A stretch of DNA of 64,000 nucleotides, taken from NCBI GenBank assembly GCA_963700985.1, contig OY969554.1, positions 1 to 64,000 of the forward strand. The letters run 5' to 3'. Position numbers and translations under genes: made by a program. Origin of the DNA: an uncultured Chlamydiales bacterium (lineage in GTDB: Bacteria > Chlamydiota > Chlamydiia > Chlamydiales > Rhabdochlamydiaceae). Position 1 is the stretch's first letter, and each line of letters opens with the position of its first letter. Shown here piece by piece: positions 36,896 to 46,255 of this stretch. The notes under the pieces are model-generated. The model ran no database searches. It had not been told where the DNA came from and saw only the letters and a list, made by a program, of their open reading frames with translations.

Positions 36896-38413
36896 TTATA
36901 CAAGTGAGCGGAAGCTGAGCGCTTCCATGAGATGATCGGTGGCGATCGAGGCGCTTGCATCGAGATCGGCGATGGTGCGGGCGAGTTTTAGGATGCGGGT
37001 GTAGGCGCGGGCAGAGAGGCTCATCTTGTCCATGGCTTGTCGAATGAGAGCTTGTCCTTGGCTGTCTAGAGCGCAAAAACGCGTGAGTTCTTGCGGAGAC
37101 ATCTGTGCATTAGTTTTACTGCGGCCAAAGCGTGCTTGCTGCACTGCGCGGGCTTTAATGACTCTGGCACGCACGGTTTGACTTGTTTCGGGCTTATGCT
37201 GCGAGGTGAGGTCTAGGAAGGGCACATGAGGCACTTCGACATGCATGTCGATGCGATCGAGCAGGGGGCCTGAGATCTTACTGCGATAGCGATGGATTTG
37301 TGTGGGCGTGTCGCGGCAGGGCTTTTGCGGATGTCCGAGATAGCCGCATGGGCAGGGGTTCATGGCAGCTACGAACAAGCAAGCTGTTGGAAAAGTTAGC
37401 GATGTGTTTGCGCGCGTGATCATCACGCTGCCATTTTCTAGGGGTTGTCGCAGGACTTCAAGTGTATGCCGTGAAAATTCGGGCAGTTCATCGAGAAAAA
37501 GCACACCCAAATGCGCGAGCGATAGTTCACCGGGGCGGGGAACTTTGCCGCCGCCTACAAGGCCAATTGCACTAATTGTGTGATGCGGGTTGCGGAAGGG
37601 TCTTTCACGCACGAGTGCGGCTCCTGATGAGAGTAGGCCTGCTAGCGAGTGGATTTTGGTGATCTCCAGTATTTCATCTAAAGAAAGGGGAGGCAGGATG
37701 CCCCCGAGTGCCTTGGACATGAGGGTTTTGCCTGTGCCAGGTGGCCCAAACAAGAGCAAGTTATGACCGCCGCTGGCTGCCACTTCAAGTGCACGTTTAA
37801 CGGGCAGCTGTCCTTTGATTTCTGAAAAGTCAACAAAGCCAATTGTCGGCGCAAGGCTTGCAGAAGGTGGCGAATATGTTGTTGGTCTAATAGAGGATGG
37901 ATGTCTGAGAAACTCCACGGCATCTTTTAGATATTCAATGCCGATGACGTCCACGCCTTCTACGGCAGCGGCTTCTTCTGCGTTTTGCTTAGGTACTAAG
38001 ATGCCTTTTTTGCCGAGCTTTCGCGCTAGTAAGGCTGCTGAGAGAGCGCCACGCATGGGGCGCATCTGTCCTGCGAGCGAGAGCTCTCCTACGAATAGAT
38101 AATCCGCACCCACAGGTGAGGTGAGCTGTCCATGTGAAAGCAGAAGTGCAAGTGCAATGGGTAGATCATAAAGCGCGCCTTCTTTTTTCAAATCAGCGGG
38201 CGCGAGATTAATCGTGCAGTGCAAGGAGCCTAATTCAAAGCCGGAGTTTTTGAGAGCGGAAAGTACGCGATCTTTGGATTCTTTCACGGCTGTATCGGGC
38301 ATGCCGACGATCACAAAGTGCGTCTTTTCGCCTTTTTTTGTATCAGCTTCAACTTCAACGGTGAGTGCGTCAACTCCCAAGAAAGCTACAGATTGTAAAT
38401 GTGCAGGAATCAT
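36896..38413 (-). CDS. comM: ComM/YifB Mg-chelatase-like AAA+ ATPase
   Basis: INLAPADLKKEG..YDLPIA, GPPGTGKT, PFRNPHH, LFLDELPEF, AAMNPCPCG, SGPLLDRID, ARTIADL. Confidence 0.96.
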   Translation of the reverse strand: MIPAHLQSVAFLGVDALTVEVEADTKKGEKTHFVIVGMPDTAVKESKDRVLSALKNSGFELGSLHCTINLAPADLKKEGALYDLPIALALLLSHGQLTSPVGADYLFVGELSLAGQMRPMRGALSAALLARKLGKKGILVPKQNAEEAAAVEGVDVIGIEYLKDAVEFLRHPSSIRPTTYSPPSASLAPTIGFVDFSEIKGQLPVKRALEVAASGGHNLLLFGPPGTGKTLMSKALGGILPPLSLDEILEITKIHSLAGLLSSGAALVRERPFRNPHHTISAIGLVGGGKVPRPGELSLAHLGVLFLDELPEFSRHTLEVLRQPLENGSVMITRANTSLTFPTACLFVAAMNPCPCGYLGHPQKPCRDTPTQIHRYRSKISGPLLDRIDMHVEVPHVPFLDLTSQHKPETSQTVRARVIKARAVQQARFGRSKTNAQMSPQELTRFCALDSQGQALIRQAMDKMSLSARAYTRILKLARTIADLDASASIATDHLMEALSFRSLV

Positions 38414-38481
38414 ATCCAAAAGATTTTAAAATTTTTTGAATTGGCCCGAAACAAAAATCTTAAAAAGATCTAAAGCCCAGT

Positions 38482-39261
38482 CTAGATATTCAGCTTGAGC
38501 TGTTCGATCCAGTCTGGAGGGATGCCAGCTTTTTGGCGGTTTTCTTCGAAGAGTTTAAAGCCGCAAGCGCGGTCGGGGGTGAGCAGCTGTGGTACGTTTT
38601 CGCGCCAGGTTTGCCACTCAGATTGATTGTTGTCTTTTAGCTTTTGCAGCCAGCGGAATCCGAATGAGACGTGGGCAATCTCATCTTCTAAAATTGTTTT
38701 CATCAGCGCGGCAGATGCTTCATCGCCGTTGCGTGCAAAAGATTTGCCATAAAGTGGTGCAAAGTCGAGGTTGGCCATTTCAAAAGTCAAACTCATCACG
38801 CTGACGTAACGCACTGGAGAGGTGAGAAAGGGGACGTAGTTCCAGAAGTGGCGATAAAGGGGGAGATCGCCAAATTTAAGTCCCATTTCGGCCATGCGTT
38901 TCATGTAAAGACGCACATGTCCTTGCTCTTCTTTTAATGTATTGGCAACGCCGCGGCGAAAGTGTTTGGGGGCTTCTGGGAAAGCTAAGAGTGCATAAGC
39001 CATAATCTCGACGGCTAGAAGTTCATGACCAGCAAAACGATGTAGGCAAGCCGCTCTTTTATCAGCGTCTGCATGATCGTGAAAGGAGGGGAGTTTTTCT
39101 TTGGCTGTATGTCGTTTGAAACTCATGTAGCTTGGACGGCAGGGTTCATCCCAGATAAGCGGCGGACCTGGGTTATGATCGGTAAGCTCAAGCGGATCGA
39201 GGAGTTTTTCTTCTAGAGTGTCAGCACTTAAAATGCGAATTGCCCAGTCACGTAGTTCCAT
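38482..39261 (-). CDS. Ferritin-like protein (DUF455 family)
   Basis: LHRFAGHELLAVE, EEQGH, FEMANLD, DEIAHV..G.RW. Confidence 0.85.
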   Translation of the reverse strand: MELRDWAIRILSADTLEEKLLDPLELTDHNPGPPLIWDEPCRPSYMSFKRHTAKEKLPSFHDHADADKRAACLHRFAGHELLAVEIMAYALLAFPEAPKHFRRGVANTLKEEQGHVRLYMKRMAEMGLKFGDLPLYRHFWNYVPFLTSPVRYVSVMSLTFEMANLDFAPLYGKSFARNGDEASAALMKTILEDEIAHVSFGFRWLQKLKDNNQSEWQTWRENVPQLLTPDRACGFKLFEENRQKAGIPPDWIEQLKLNI

Positions 39262-39274
39262 AAAAAATGAGAAA

Positions 39275-39308
39275 AAGAAAAAGCGAAGGGAGGGTAACTC
39301 CCTTCGCT
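39275..39308 (-). terminator. Intrinsic terminator after the SH3 protein gene
   Basis: AGCGAAGGGAG-5nt-CTCCCTTCGCT hairpin followed by a T-rich tract on the minus strand. Confidence 0.8.
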
Positions 39309-39319
39309 AAAGTGAAAGA

Positions 39320-40588
39320 TTATTCTATTGCGATGATATAATAGGCTGGGAAAGCGAAGTTGTTATTCGATCTTGGGCATCCAAGTAGAGTAACCTTCTT
39401 GCCAATCATGTTTTGCAGGTTGATCTTCGTGCTGTAAACATATGCTACAGGAAGATCTTTATCGCGGATGATGAAATCGCCTGGCTTATTCTTTACAGGA
39501 GCTGTGTAAGCTTCGACTATTCCAGTTACAGGAACAGCTGCGAGCTTCTGCTCGTTATAGAATTGGTCTTGGCTCTTGTCGTCATTCATTTGCGACCAGC
39601 TTAAATAGAGAGCTTCTTCAATCGGATCCCACATCTTCATCTTGTCGCTAACTTGCATGAAGCTAGCCGCAGAATCATCTTTTTGATTGTCTACTTCAAA
39701 AGAAGACTCTTCAGCAGCAGAATTCGATTTTCTGTCTACATGAGCAAGACGTTTTTGAACATATGCTTCTTGTAGGCTAACGAGTTGCTCTTTAGCTTTT
39801 TCGACATATTCTGGGAAGTCTGTGTATTCACCGATAACTGTCTTGTAGCTGTGAGTTACGCGCTCGATGTCCATTTCGTTAAATGATTTTTGCAACTCAG
39901 CTTTTCCAAGCAGAGAAGCAGCATCTAACAATTGTTCGACGTTAATACGGCGTTTATCAGCCTGAGTTTTAATTTCAGGGCCGCCCACATTTTCAAGGTA
40001 TTCTTTGGCGATATAAAAATGTGTATTTGCAGGAGGAGAAATCTCAAACCATTTACTGTTAGCAGCGCAAACTGTTCCTTGGATTTTTTCACCGGCATTA
40101 AGATGGCCGATAACAGGAGCATCGGTGCTTGGATGAAGGCGGACGTTTACGCGATTGCCTTCGACGACGTTATCGAGGATAAAGCTGCGGAAAACGTAAG
40201 CTTTAACGCCTGCTGGTGCTTGTACAGCCCAGAAATCGCCTTTTTGAGCGACAACTGTCAGGAGGTCATTCTTTTTCATTTCGCGGATAATTGCGCTATC
40301 CGTATCTGCTTTCGCACGCATTCTGACTTTTTTTCCTTTGACTTTACCAGTAAAAGGAGAAACTGCCACTTCTACGGCTTTAACAGGAACGGGCTTCACA
40401 GCTGTTGTCTGTACTGTAGGAGCAGGAAGAGCAGAGGCTGACTCAGCAGCTTGAACTTCTACTGCTTGCGAGGCAGGGATAGATAGGGAAATCTCTTGTG
40501 GATCTGCCAAGCTTGTTGGTCCCATCCCATCTGCCATGAGAAGAGAGGTGCAAACTGTGGCGCTAAATAAAGCTAGATACTTGGACAT
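39320..40588 (-). CDS. Exported tandem SH3b-domain protein (CT017/Ctad1-like)
   Basis: Signal peptide; two SH3b-like units (KVRMRAKAD..W, RVNVRLHPS..W); C-terminal NNNFAFPAY; synteny. Confidence 0.8.
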   Translation of the reverse strand: MSKYLALFSATVCTSLLMADGMGPTSLADPQEISLSIPASQAVEVQAAESASALPAPTVQTTAVKPVPVKAVEVAVSPFTGKVKGKKVRMRAKADTDSAIIREMKKNDLLTVVAQKGDFWAVQAPAGVKAYVFRSFILDNVVEGNRVNVRLHPSTDAPVIGHLNAGEKIQGTVCAANSKWFEISPPANTHFYIAKEYLENVGGPEIKTQADKRRINVEQLLDAASLLGKAELQKSFNEMDIERVTHSYKTVIGEYTDFPEYVEKAKEQLVSLQEAYVQKRLAHVDRKSNSAAEESSFEVDNQKDDSAASFMQVSDKMKMWDPIEEALYLSWSQMNDDKSQDQFYNEQKLAAVPVTGIVEAYTAPVKNKPGDFIIRDKDLPVAYVYSTKINLQNMIGKKVTLLGCPRSNNNFAFPAYYIIAIE

Positions 40589-40688
40589 AGTGGAACTCCT
40601 CTGATCAGAAAATTCGAGTCTTAATCCGTGATTCTAGGAGGTGGCATTTTTTAACACCACACAAAACTCAAATTGACAGATAGAAGAG

Positions 40689-41411
40689 TTAGCTTCTGAG
40701 GACGGCGAGAATATGCTCGCAGGACTCTTTTCCACAGGTGCACCCGACGGGCGTTCCTAGGAAAACATTATACTTCTCTTTTTCATCGAGAGGATTGGTA
40801 AGGGTGAAAAATTTATCGTTGGTTTGAACGATGTTCCATGAGCTAAATTTCAACTCTTCATCTGAAACTTCGTCGTCAATGCCTTCGATTTCGATGGCAG
40901 CGGGCTCTGATTCAATCATCTCTCCATGGATAGCGCGCGAGATTTGGCAGTGCATGCAATTGCAATCTGGCTCAGATGCAGGCAGCACATTTGGATCATC
41001 CAGGCCGGCTGTCTTAGAGAGGAATGCGATTTTGTTTAAAATCTCTTCAGGAAGAGGCGGGGTGTCGGCTTGTTGAGGATTATGTTGTAGAAGGCTGCCG
41101 AGATTCTGCAGTTCCACCATATCTCCCATCGCAATTTTAAGAGGGAAGCTTATGCTGAGCTGTTCTTGAGGCGCGTCTAGGTCTCTTGGATCGGGTCTTG
41201 AGAGTTCTTGATCCATGAACTTAGCATGCGCATGAAAAATCGCATCGATAATGGGCAATTCCAGGCCGGGGATCTCAATTCTCTGGCCATTTAGCAATAC
41301 CACGATTAGTTCAGGTAGGCCATCTCGAGATTCCACTGTAAGGGAAGCGACGTTCTTCCAGGAAGTTGAGATATAAGGAGGGAGGCTCAAAATCTTATAG
41401 TTGATTCTCAT
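40689..41411 (-). CDS. Conserved chlamydial protein (CT016-like) with Cys/His metal-binding motifs
   Basis: ILSLPPYISTSW start, CNCMHC and CTCGKESCEH; synteny. Confidence 0.75.
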   Translation of the reverse strand: MRINYKILSLPPYISTSWKNVASLTVESRDGLPELIVVLLNGQRIEIPGLELPIIDAIFHAHAKFMDQELSRPDPRDLDAPQEQLSISFPLKIAMGDMVELQNLGSLLQHNPQQADTPPLPEEILNKIAFLSKTAGLDDPNVLPASEPDCNCMHCQISRAIHGEMIESEPAAIEIEGIDDEVSDEELKFSSWNIVQTNDKFFTLTNPLDEKEKYNVFLGTPVGCTCGKESCEHILAVLRS

Positions 41412-41638
41412 TTTAGACCTCTCAAAGTTAAAACATTCGTTTAACCCCTATTATAGCGGAAGAGATTTTTGGTGGCTAATAAATTTAGCAGTTGCTTGAT
41501 ATGTGTGCTTATTTATTGATGTAAGTAATTAAAAATAAATATGTTATAAATACATTGATAATATATGAAAAAAAGATTGTTCGAAGGGGGGCACTCAGAT
41601 ATTCTCCATTTTTTGGTCCAAAGATAGGAGCGACTCAC

Positions 41639-42952
41639 GTGGCAAGAAAAACTTTTGTAATCGATACGAACGTTCTGCTTCACGACCCGGATGCGATAAA
41701 TAAGTTTAAAGAGAATGACGTGGTAATTCCCTTAGCTGTTCTCGAGGAGTTGGATGGCATGAAACGTTTCTCAGATGAACTGGGAAAAAACGCCAGGCAG
41801 GTGATTCGTTTCATCGATAGTTTGAAAGCGCGGAATGCAGGAGCTTTGCATACTGGAGTGCAGATTGATAATGGCATTACTGTGCGCATCCACATAGAGA
41901 CAAAAGCGATGGAAAAGAGGAACTTTCCACTGCCAGTAGATCGAATAGATCATCGTATTTTGCTAGCTGCATTTCAAGCGCAAGAGGCGGGCCAAAAAGT
42001 TGTGCTGGTTTCTAAAGACTTCTTGATGCGGGTAAAGGCTGAAGCGATTGGCTTAGAAGCTGAAGATTATGAGGCGCTTAAATCTTCTTATGAAGGCATT
42101 TATAAAGGCTATCGAAAGCTAGATGTTCCAAAAAGGGATATCGATTCCTTTTTTAAAAATGGCTCGTTACCCATGGAGATCAAAGATTTACTCCCAAACG
42201 AATATTGCATTTTAACGTCGCCAGAGCAATCGACGGCCATTGGCAAATTCAACCCGATTTCACAGAACCTGGAACCATTGATTAAAATCTCACGGGATGT
42301 GTGGGGGATTTATCCGATTAACTCAGAACAGAAGTGCGCGCTTGATCTGCTGCTGCGCGACGATGTCAAACTGGTTACGCTCATCGGTCAAGCGGGGACA
42401 GGTAAGACCTTACTTGCATTGGCGGCGGGTTTGCGAAAAGTTTTTGATGAGGGGTTGTATACACGTATCTTGGTGAGCCGGCCTGTTATCCCTTTAGGTA
42501 AAGATATTGGATATCTTCCCGGCACAAAAGAGGAGAAGCTTTTTCATTGGATGCAGCCTATTTACGATAACTTGGAGTTTCTCTGCCATTCAACCACTGG
42601 CGAAAGCAATGGGGAAGAAACGCAGAAATGGATCATGGAGAGCAAAAAGATAGAAATGGAGGCGGTGACTTATATCCGCGGACGCTCTCTTCCGAAAATG
42701 TACATCATCATAGATGAGGCGCAGAACTTGACTCCGCATGAAGTGAAAACTGTCATCTCACGAGCAGGTCAAGGAACCAAGGTAATCCTTACTGGGGATG
42801 CTACACAAATTGATAATCCCTATTTAGATAAAGATTCGAATGCGTTGACTTATGTGGTTAATAAATTTAAAAACCACCCGTTATACGGCCATGTTTTCCT
42901 AGAGAAAACCGAGCGTTCAGAACTCGCTGCCTTAGCTGCAGAAGTGTTGTGA
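41639..42952 (+). CDS. PIN-PhoH family ATPase (PhoH2/YlaK-like)
   Basis: PIN start FVIDTNVLLHDP, GQAGTGKT, GYLPG, YIRGRS, IDEAQN, GD..QID; start GTG 41639 after AGGAG. Confidence 0.93.
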   Translation: MARKTFVIDTNVLLHDPDAINKFKENDVVIPLAVLEELDGMKRFSDELGKNARQVIRFIDSLKARNAGALHTGVQIDNGITVRIHIETKAMEKRNFPLPVDRIDHRILLAAFQAQEAGQKVVLVSKDFLMRVKAEAIGLEAEDYEALKSSYEGIYKGYRKLDVPKRDIDSFFKNGSLPMEIKDLLPNEYCILTSPEQSTAIGKFNPISQNLEPLIKISRDVWGIYPINSEQKCALDLLLRDDVKLVTLIGQAGTGKTLLALAAGLRKVFDEGLYTRILVSRPVIPLGKDIGYLPGTKEEKLFHWMQPIYDNLEFLCHSTTGESNGEETQKWIMESKKIEMEAVTYIRGRSLPKMYIIIDEAQNLTPHEVKTVISRAGQGTKVILTGDATQIDNPYLDKDSNALTYVVNKFKNHPLYGHVFLEKTERSELAALAAEVL

Positions 42953-43061
42953 TTTACGATCTCTGGTTGTGAAAAAGGTTTTTTTATTTTATGTAGGTTA
43001 GGGTAACCCGCTGCATAAGAGTAATACACTCTAAGAGCTTCTTTAAAACCCGGAGAAGAAT

Positions 43062-43439
43062 ATGAATAAGAAATTAATGAACATGGCTCTTGGCCTCGGA
43101 GCTTGTGTTTGCCTGTTTTCTGGTGAACTATCAGCTTGGGAAAGATCTGCGATGAGCGATTGCAAACAGGATGAATCTGATTGCAAAAAAGAAGCGAAAG
43201 GCTGCACAGATGACAAAGGTACTTGCAAAAAGCAAGCTGAGCAGTGCAAAAAAGATGCAGAAGCCTGCAAAAAATCTGCACAAATATCAGATGAGACCTC
43301 ATTTATGAATGCGCTGTCTCCTTATTCAAAATCGCAATTTCAGAAATTTTCTCCTGATCAAAAGAAGAAAGCTATGGATATGGCTGATGGCGCAAAAATA
43401 TCACCAGATGATGCCGTTACAAAAGTTATGAAGAAATAA
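43062..43439 (+). CDS. Small exported protein with six Cys at 7-residue spacing
   Basis: Signal peptide ending ELSA; CKQDESD-CKKEAKG-CTDDKGT-CKKQAEQ-CKKDAEA-CKK; RBS GGAG; terminator downstream. Confidence 0.8.
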   Translation: MNKKLMNMALGLGACVCLFSGELSAWERSAMSDCKQDESDCKKEAKGCTDDKGTCKKQAEQCKKDAEACKKSAQISDETSFMNALSPYSKSQFQKFSPDQKKKAMDMADGAKISPDDAVTKVMKK

Positions 43440-43445
43440 TCTTCG

Positions 43446-43490
43446 ACTATCCGCATTTCTCTAAAAAGACAAATGCGGATAGTATCTTTT
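43446..43490 (+). terminator. Intrinsic terminator
   Basis: ACTATCCGCATTT..AAATGCGGATAGT stem followed by ATCTTTT. Confidence 0.7.
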
Positions 43491-43522
43491 CTGCTTGTCT
43501 TAACAAATTTGCTAGGGGGAAC

Positions 43523-44146
43523 ATGAAATACGTCTACGAATTCATTGGAACATTTTTTCTCGTCTTTACTGTTGGAATGGCGGTGCTCGAACCGAATAGT
43601 GCAGGCATATTGGCGCCAGTAGCAATCGGTTCTGTACTTGCTGTGATGGTGTTTGCCGGTGGGCATATCTCGGGTGGTCATTACAATCCAGCCGTATCAT
43701 TTTCAGTGTTTTTGCGCGGTAAATTGTCTGGAAAAGATTTGGGGATTTACTGGATCTCTCAAGGGCTTGCCGCCATCGCAGCTGGCTATCTAACCATTTA
43801 CTATAAAGGCTATCCATCCCAGACACTAATGCACTTGGATGCTGCCAAAGCGCTTTTAGCTGAATTCCTTTTCACCTTTGCGCTCTGCTATATGGTTTTG
43901 AATACCGCAACTGCCAAAGAGACAAAAGGCAACTCCTACTTTGGATTTGCAATTGGTTTTACGGTGCTGGTGGGAGCTTATGCCGTGGGTGCGATCTCCG
44001 GCGGGGCATTTAATCCAGCTGTTGCGTTGGGAATCACCATTGTGAATCTAACCGCTTGGTCTAATCTCTGGATCTTCTTGGTAGCCAACTTCTTAGGTGG
44101 TGCATCCGCTGCGCTTATTTTCAAGGCCGCTCATCCAAAAGAATAA
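43523..44146 (+). CDS. Aquaporin (MIP family)
   Basis: EFIGTF, HISGGHYNPAVS, AEFLFTF, SGGAFNPAV (two NPA motifs). Confidence 0.95.
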   Translation: MKYVYEFIGTFFLVFTVGMAVLEPNSAGILAPVAIGSVLAVMVFAGGHISGGHYNPAVSFSVFLRGKLSGKDLGIYWISQGLAAIAAGYLTIYYKGYPSQTLMHLDAAKALLAEFLFTFALCYMVLNTATAKETKGNSYFGFAIGFTVLVGAYAVGAISGGAFNPAVALGITIVNLTAWSNLWIFLVANFLGGASAALIFKAAHPKE

Positions 44147-44157
44147 AATAAGAAGAA

Positions 44158-44180
44158 AAGGGATGTTTGAAACATCCCTT
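44158..44180. terminator. Bidirectional terminator between aquaporin and NHLP-1
   Basis: AAGGGATGTT-TGA-AACATCCCTT flanked by A-rich and T-rich tracts. Confidence 0.7.
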
Positions 44181-44186
44181 ATTTTG

Positions 44187-44459
44187 TCAGCAGGGGAAGA
44201 ACCAAGATGCTATGCCAGCTGCAGCAATTTGTTTCAGATTCGCGTCGTCAAGCTCGCCGATATTTGATGGAGCAGGTGGAAGTACAAAAGTGAAATGACG
44301 CGCGTCGTCTTGCTGGATGCGCACTTCGCTGTTTTCAGGAATATTGTAACCCATTTCTTTTAGCGTTTCTGTTGGCTTGGCTATGAGTTTTTTGCGAAAA
44401 GCTGGATCTTTCCAAGCTTTAGCGATGATTTTGGCTCTAATTTCATCGTCTTTTGCCAT
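44187..44459 (-). CDS. NHLP-leader RiPP precursor 1 (predicted core IASWFFPC)
   Basis: IIAKAWKDPAFRKKL..P..L..G..IP..FVLPPAP..ELDDANLKQIAAAG; RBS GAGGAG; start ATG 44459. Confidence 0.88.
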   Translation of the reverse strand: MAKDDEIRAKIIAKAWKDPAFRKKLIAKPTETLKEMGYNIPENSEVRIQQDDARHFTFVLPPAPSNIGELDDANLKQIAAAGIASWFFPC

Positions 44460-44665
44460 AAAGTTTCTCCTCATTAAGGGTTAGAAGCGTGTATGCCTCG
44501 GTGTAGCTAATCCTTCTATTTATATAAAGATATTTCAAATTTCAGCTTGGCCCCCTTTTTCCACGGTGGTGCTAATGCAGCGCTCATTTTCACGGCAGCT
44601 AGTTTCTAAAACACTTGCCATTTGTCCCCTCTTAGTTATTATGAAAAAAAACTAGGTGAGGATTT

Positions 44666-45859
44666 ATGCGACTTAATTTGGGCTCAATTGCATTCCTGTT
44701 TCTAACTTGCATGGGTCAAGTCGAAGCAGTAGAAGCCGCCGGAAATTCTCAAGCTAAACGGGTCGTATCCGAAATCTTATCTCAGGCCGATATTCAAATT
44801 GATGGCACGCGTAATTGGGATATCACCGTCCATAATGAAGCCTTTTATAACCGCGTTTTAAAAGATCAATCGCTAGGCTTTGGCGAAGCTTATATGCAGG
44901 GCTGGTGGGATAGCGAGGCGCTGGACGAGTGTATCTTTCGCATCTCAAGAGCTAATCTCGACAATAATATAAGACCGACCATGGCTATGCGCTGGGCTGT
45001 TCTCAAGGCTAAACTCTTCAATCAGCAGACAAAGAAAGGCAGCATGGAGGTCATCGACATTCACTATCAGCTGGGCAATGATCTTTTTGAGCTGATGCTC
45101 GATGAACTCATGACCTATAGTTGCGGCTATTGGAACAATGCAACCACTTTAGATGAAGCTCAACGCGCTAAGTATGATCTGATTGCACGTAAGCTTGGTT
45201 TTAAGCCTGGCATGCGTGTTCTCGACATCGGCTGCGGTTGGGGCGGTTTTTCTAAATTTATTGCCCAAAACTATGGCGTTGAAGTTCTGGCCATTACGCT
45301 TTCTGAAAACCAAGCCGAATATGCGCGCAAAGCTTGCGCGGGATTGCCTGTAGAGGTTCGCGTGCAAGATTATCGCGATGTGCAAGGCAAGTTCGATCGC
45401 GTGGTTGAGATCGGCATGTTTGAGCATGTAGGCGAGAAAAATTACCGCGAGTTTATGGAAATTACACATCGCTGCTTAGAGCCAGATGGCATGTTGATGC
45501 TGCATACCATTGGCACGAACGTCTCTTCTGTTACCTGCGAGGCGTGGATCGATAAGTATATTTTCCCAAAAGGGCACCTTCCCTCAATTGCTCAAGTAGG
45601 CACCTCTATCGAGGGGTTATATGTGATGGAAGATTGGCACAACTTTAGCACCGATTATGACAAGACCTTGATGGCCTGGTTTCAGAATTTTCATGAAAAC
45701 TGGGATCTGATCAAAGAATCCTATCCACCTGCGTTTTATCGGATGTGGAAGTATTATCTTCTCTCATGCGCAGGCGCGTTTCGCGCGAGACAGATCCAAC
45801 TCTGGCAAGTAGTTCTCTCCAAGGAAGGTGTTCTCGGCGGCTATAAAACCGTTCGATAA
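44666..45859 (+). CDS. cfa: Cyclopropane-fatty-acyl-phospholipid synthase with N-terminal signal-like extension
   Basis: SLGFGEAYMQGWW, HYQLGNDLF, MTYSCGYW, VLDIGCGWGG, GMFEHVG, WIDKYIFP, RMWKYYL. Confidence 0.93.
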   Translation: MRLNLGSIAFLFLTCMGQVEAVEAAGNSQAKRVVSEILSQADIQIDGTRNWDITVHNEAFYNRVLKDQSLGFGEAYMQGWWDSEALDECIFRISRANLDNNIRPTMAMRWAVLKAKLFNQQTKKGSMEVIDIHYQLGNDLFELMLDELMTYSCGYWNNATTLDEAQRAKYDLIARKLGFKPGMRVLDIGCGWGGFSKFIAQNYGVEVLAITLSENQAEYARKACAGLPVEVRVQDYRDVQGKFDRVVEIGMFEHVGEKNYREFMEITHRCLEPDGMLMLHTIGTNVSSVTCEAWIDKYIFPKGHLPSIAQVGTSIEGLYVMEDWHNFSTDYDKTLMAWFQNFHENWDLIKESYPPAFYRMWKYYLLSCAGAFRARQIQLWQVVLSKEGVLGGYKTVR

Positions 45860-45921
45860 CAACTCATTGGAGAGCGATAAAAGAATAAGTTATGTGTTTT
45901 ATCCTTGTTGTAAACAGATGC

Positions 45922-46203
45922 TTACATAGATAGATGTCCACATAGGACTTCGCCGCCAGCAGCCGCAACTCGCCTCAGGTTCGCTTCATCGAGTTCACCT
46001 ATGTTGGTTGGAGTAGCAGGAAGCACAAAAGTGAAATGACGCGCATCGTCTTCTTGAACACGAACTTCAATCTTATCAGAAATATTGTAGCCCATCTCTT
46101 TTAGCGTTTCTTTAGGCTTAGAGATGAGTTTTTTGCGAAAAGCTGGATCTTTCCAAGCTTTAGCGATGATTTTGCCTCTTAAATCTTCATTTTTTTTTGC
46201 CAT
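45922..46203 (-). CDS. NHLP-leader RiPP precursor 2 (predicted core GEVLCGHLSM)
   Basis: Same leader; ELDEANLRRVAAAG; RBS AGAGG. Confidence 0.88.
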   Translation of the reverse strand: MAKKNEDLRGKIIAKAWKDPAFRKKLISKPKETLKEMGYNISDKIEVRVQEDDARHFTFVLPATPTNIGELDEANLRRVAAAGGEVLCGHLSM

Positions 46204-46255
46204 ATGGCCTCTCTTTGTTGAGTGTTTATTTCCTTTTTCAGAAAATCATTAATTT

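Noticed and set aside
36834-37076. 80-aa ORF spanning the comM end
   Set aside because: Alternative frame of comM plus REP hairpin sequence
44666-45859. Cfa as the dedicated RiPP methyltransferase
   Set aside because: It resembles ordinary lipid Cfa along its whole length, is on the opposite strand and has no visible RRE; kept only as a hypothesis to test
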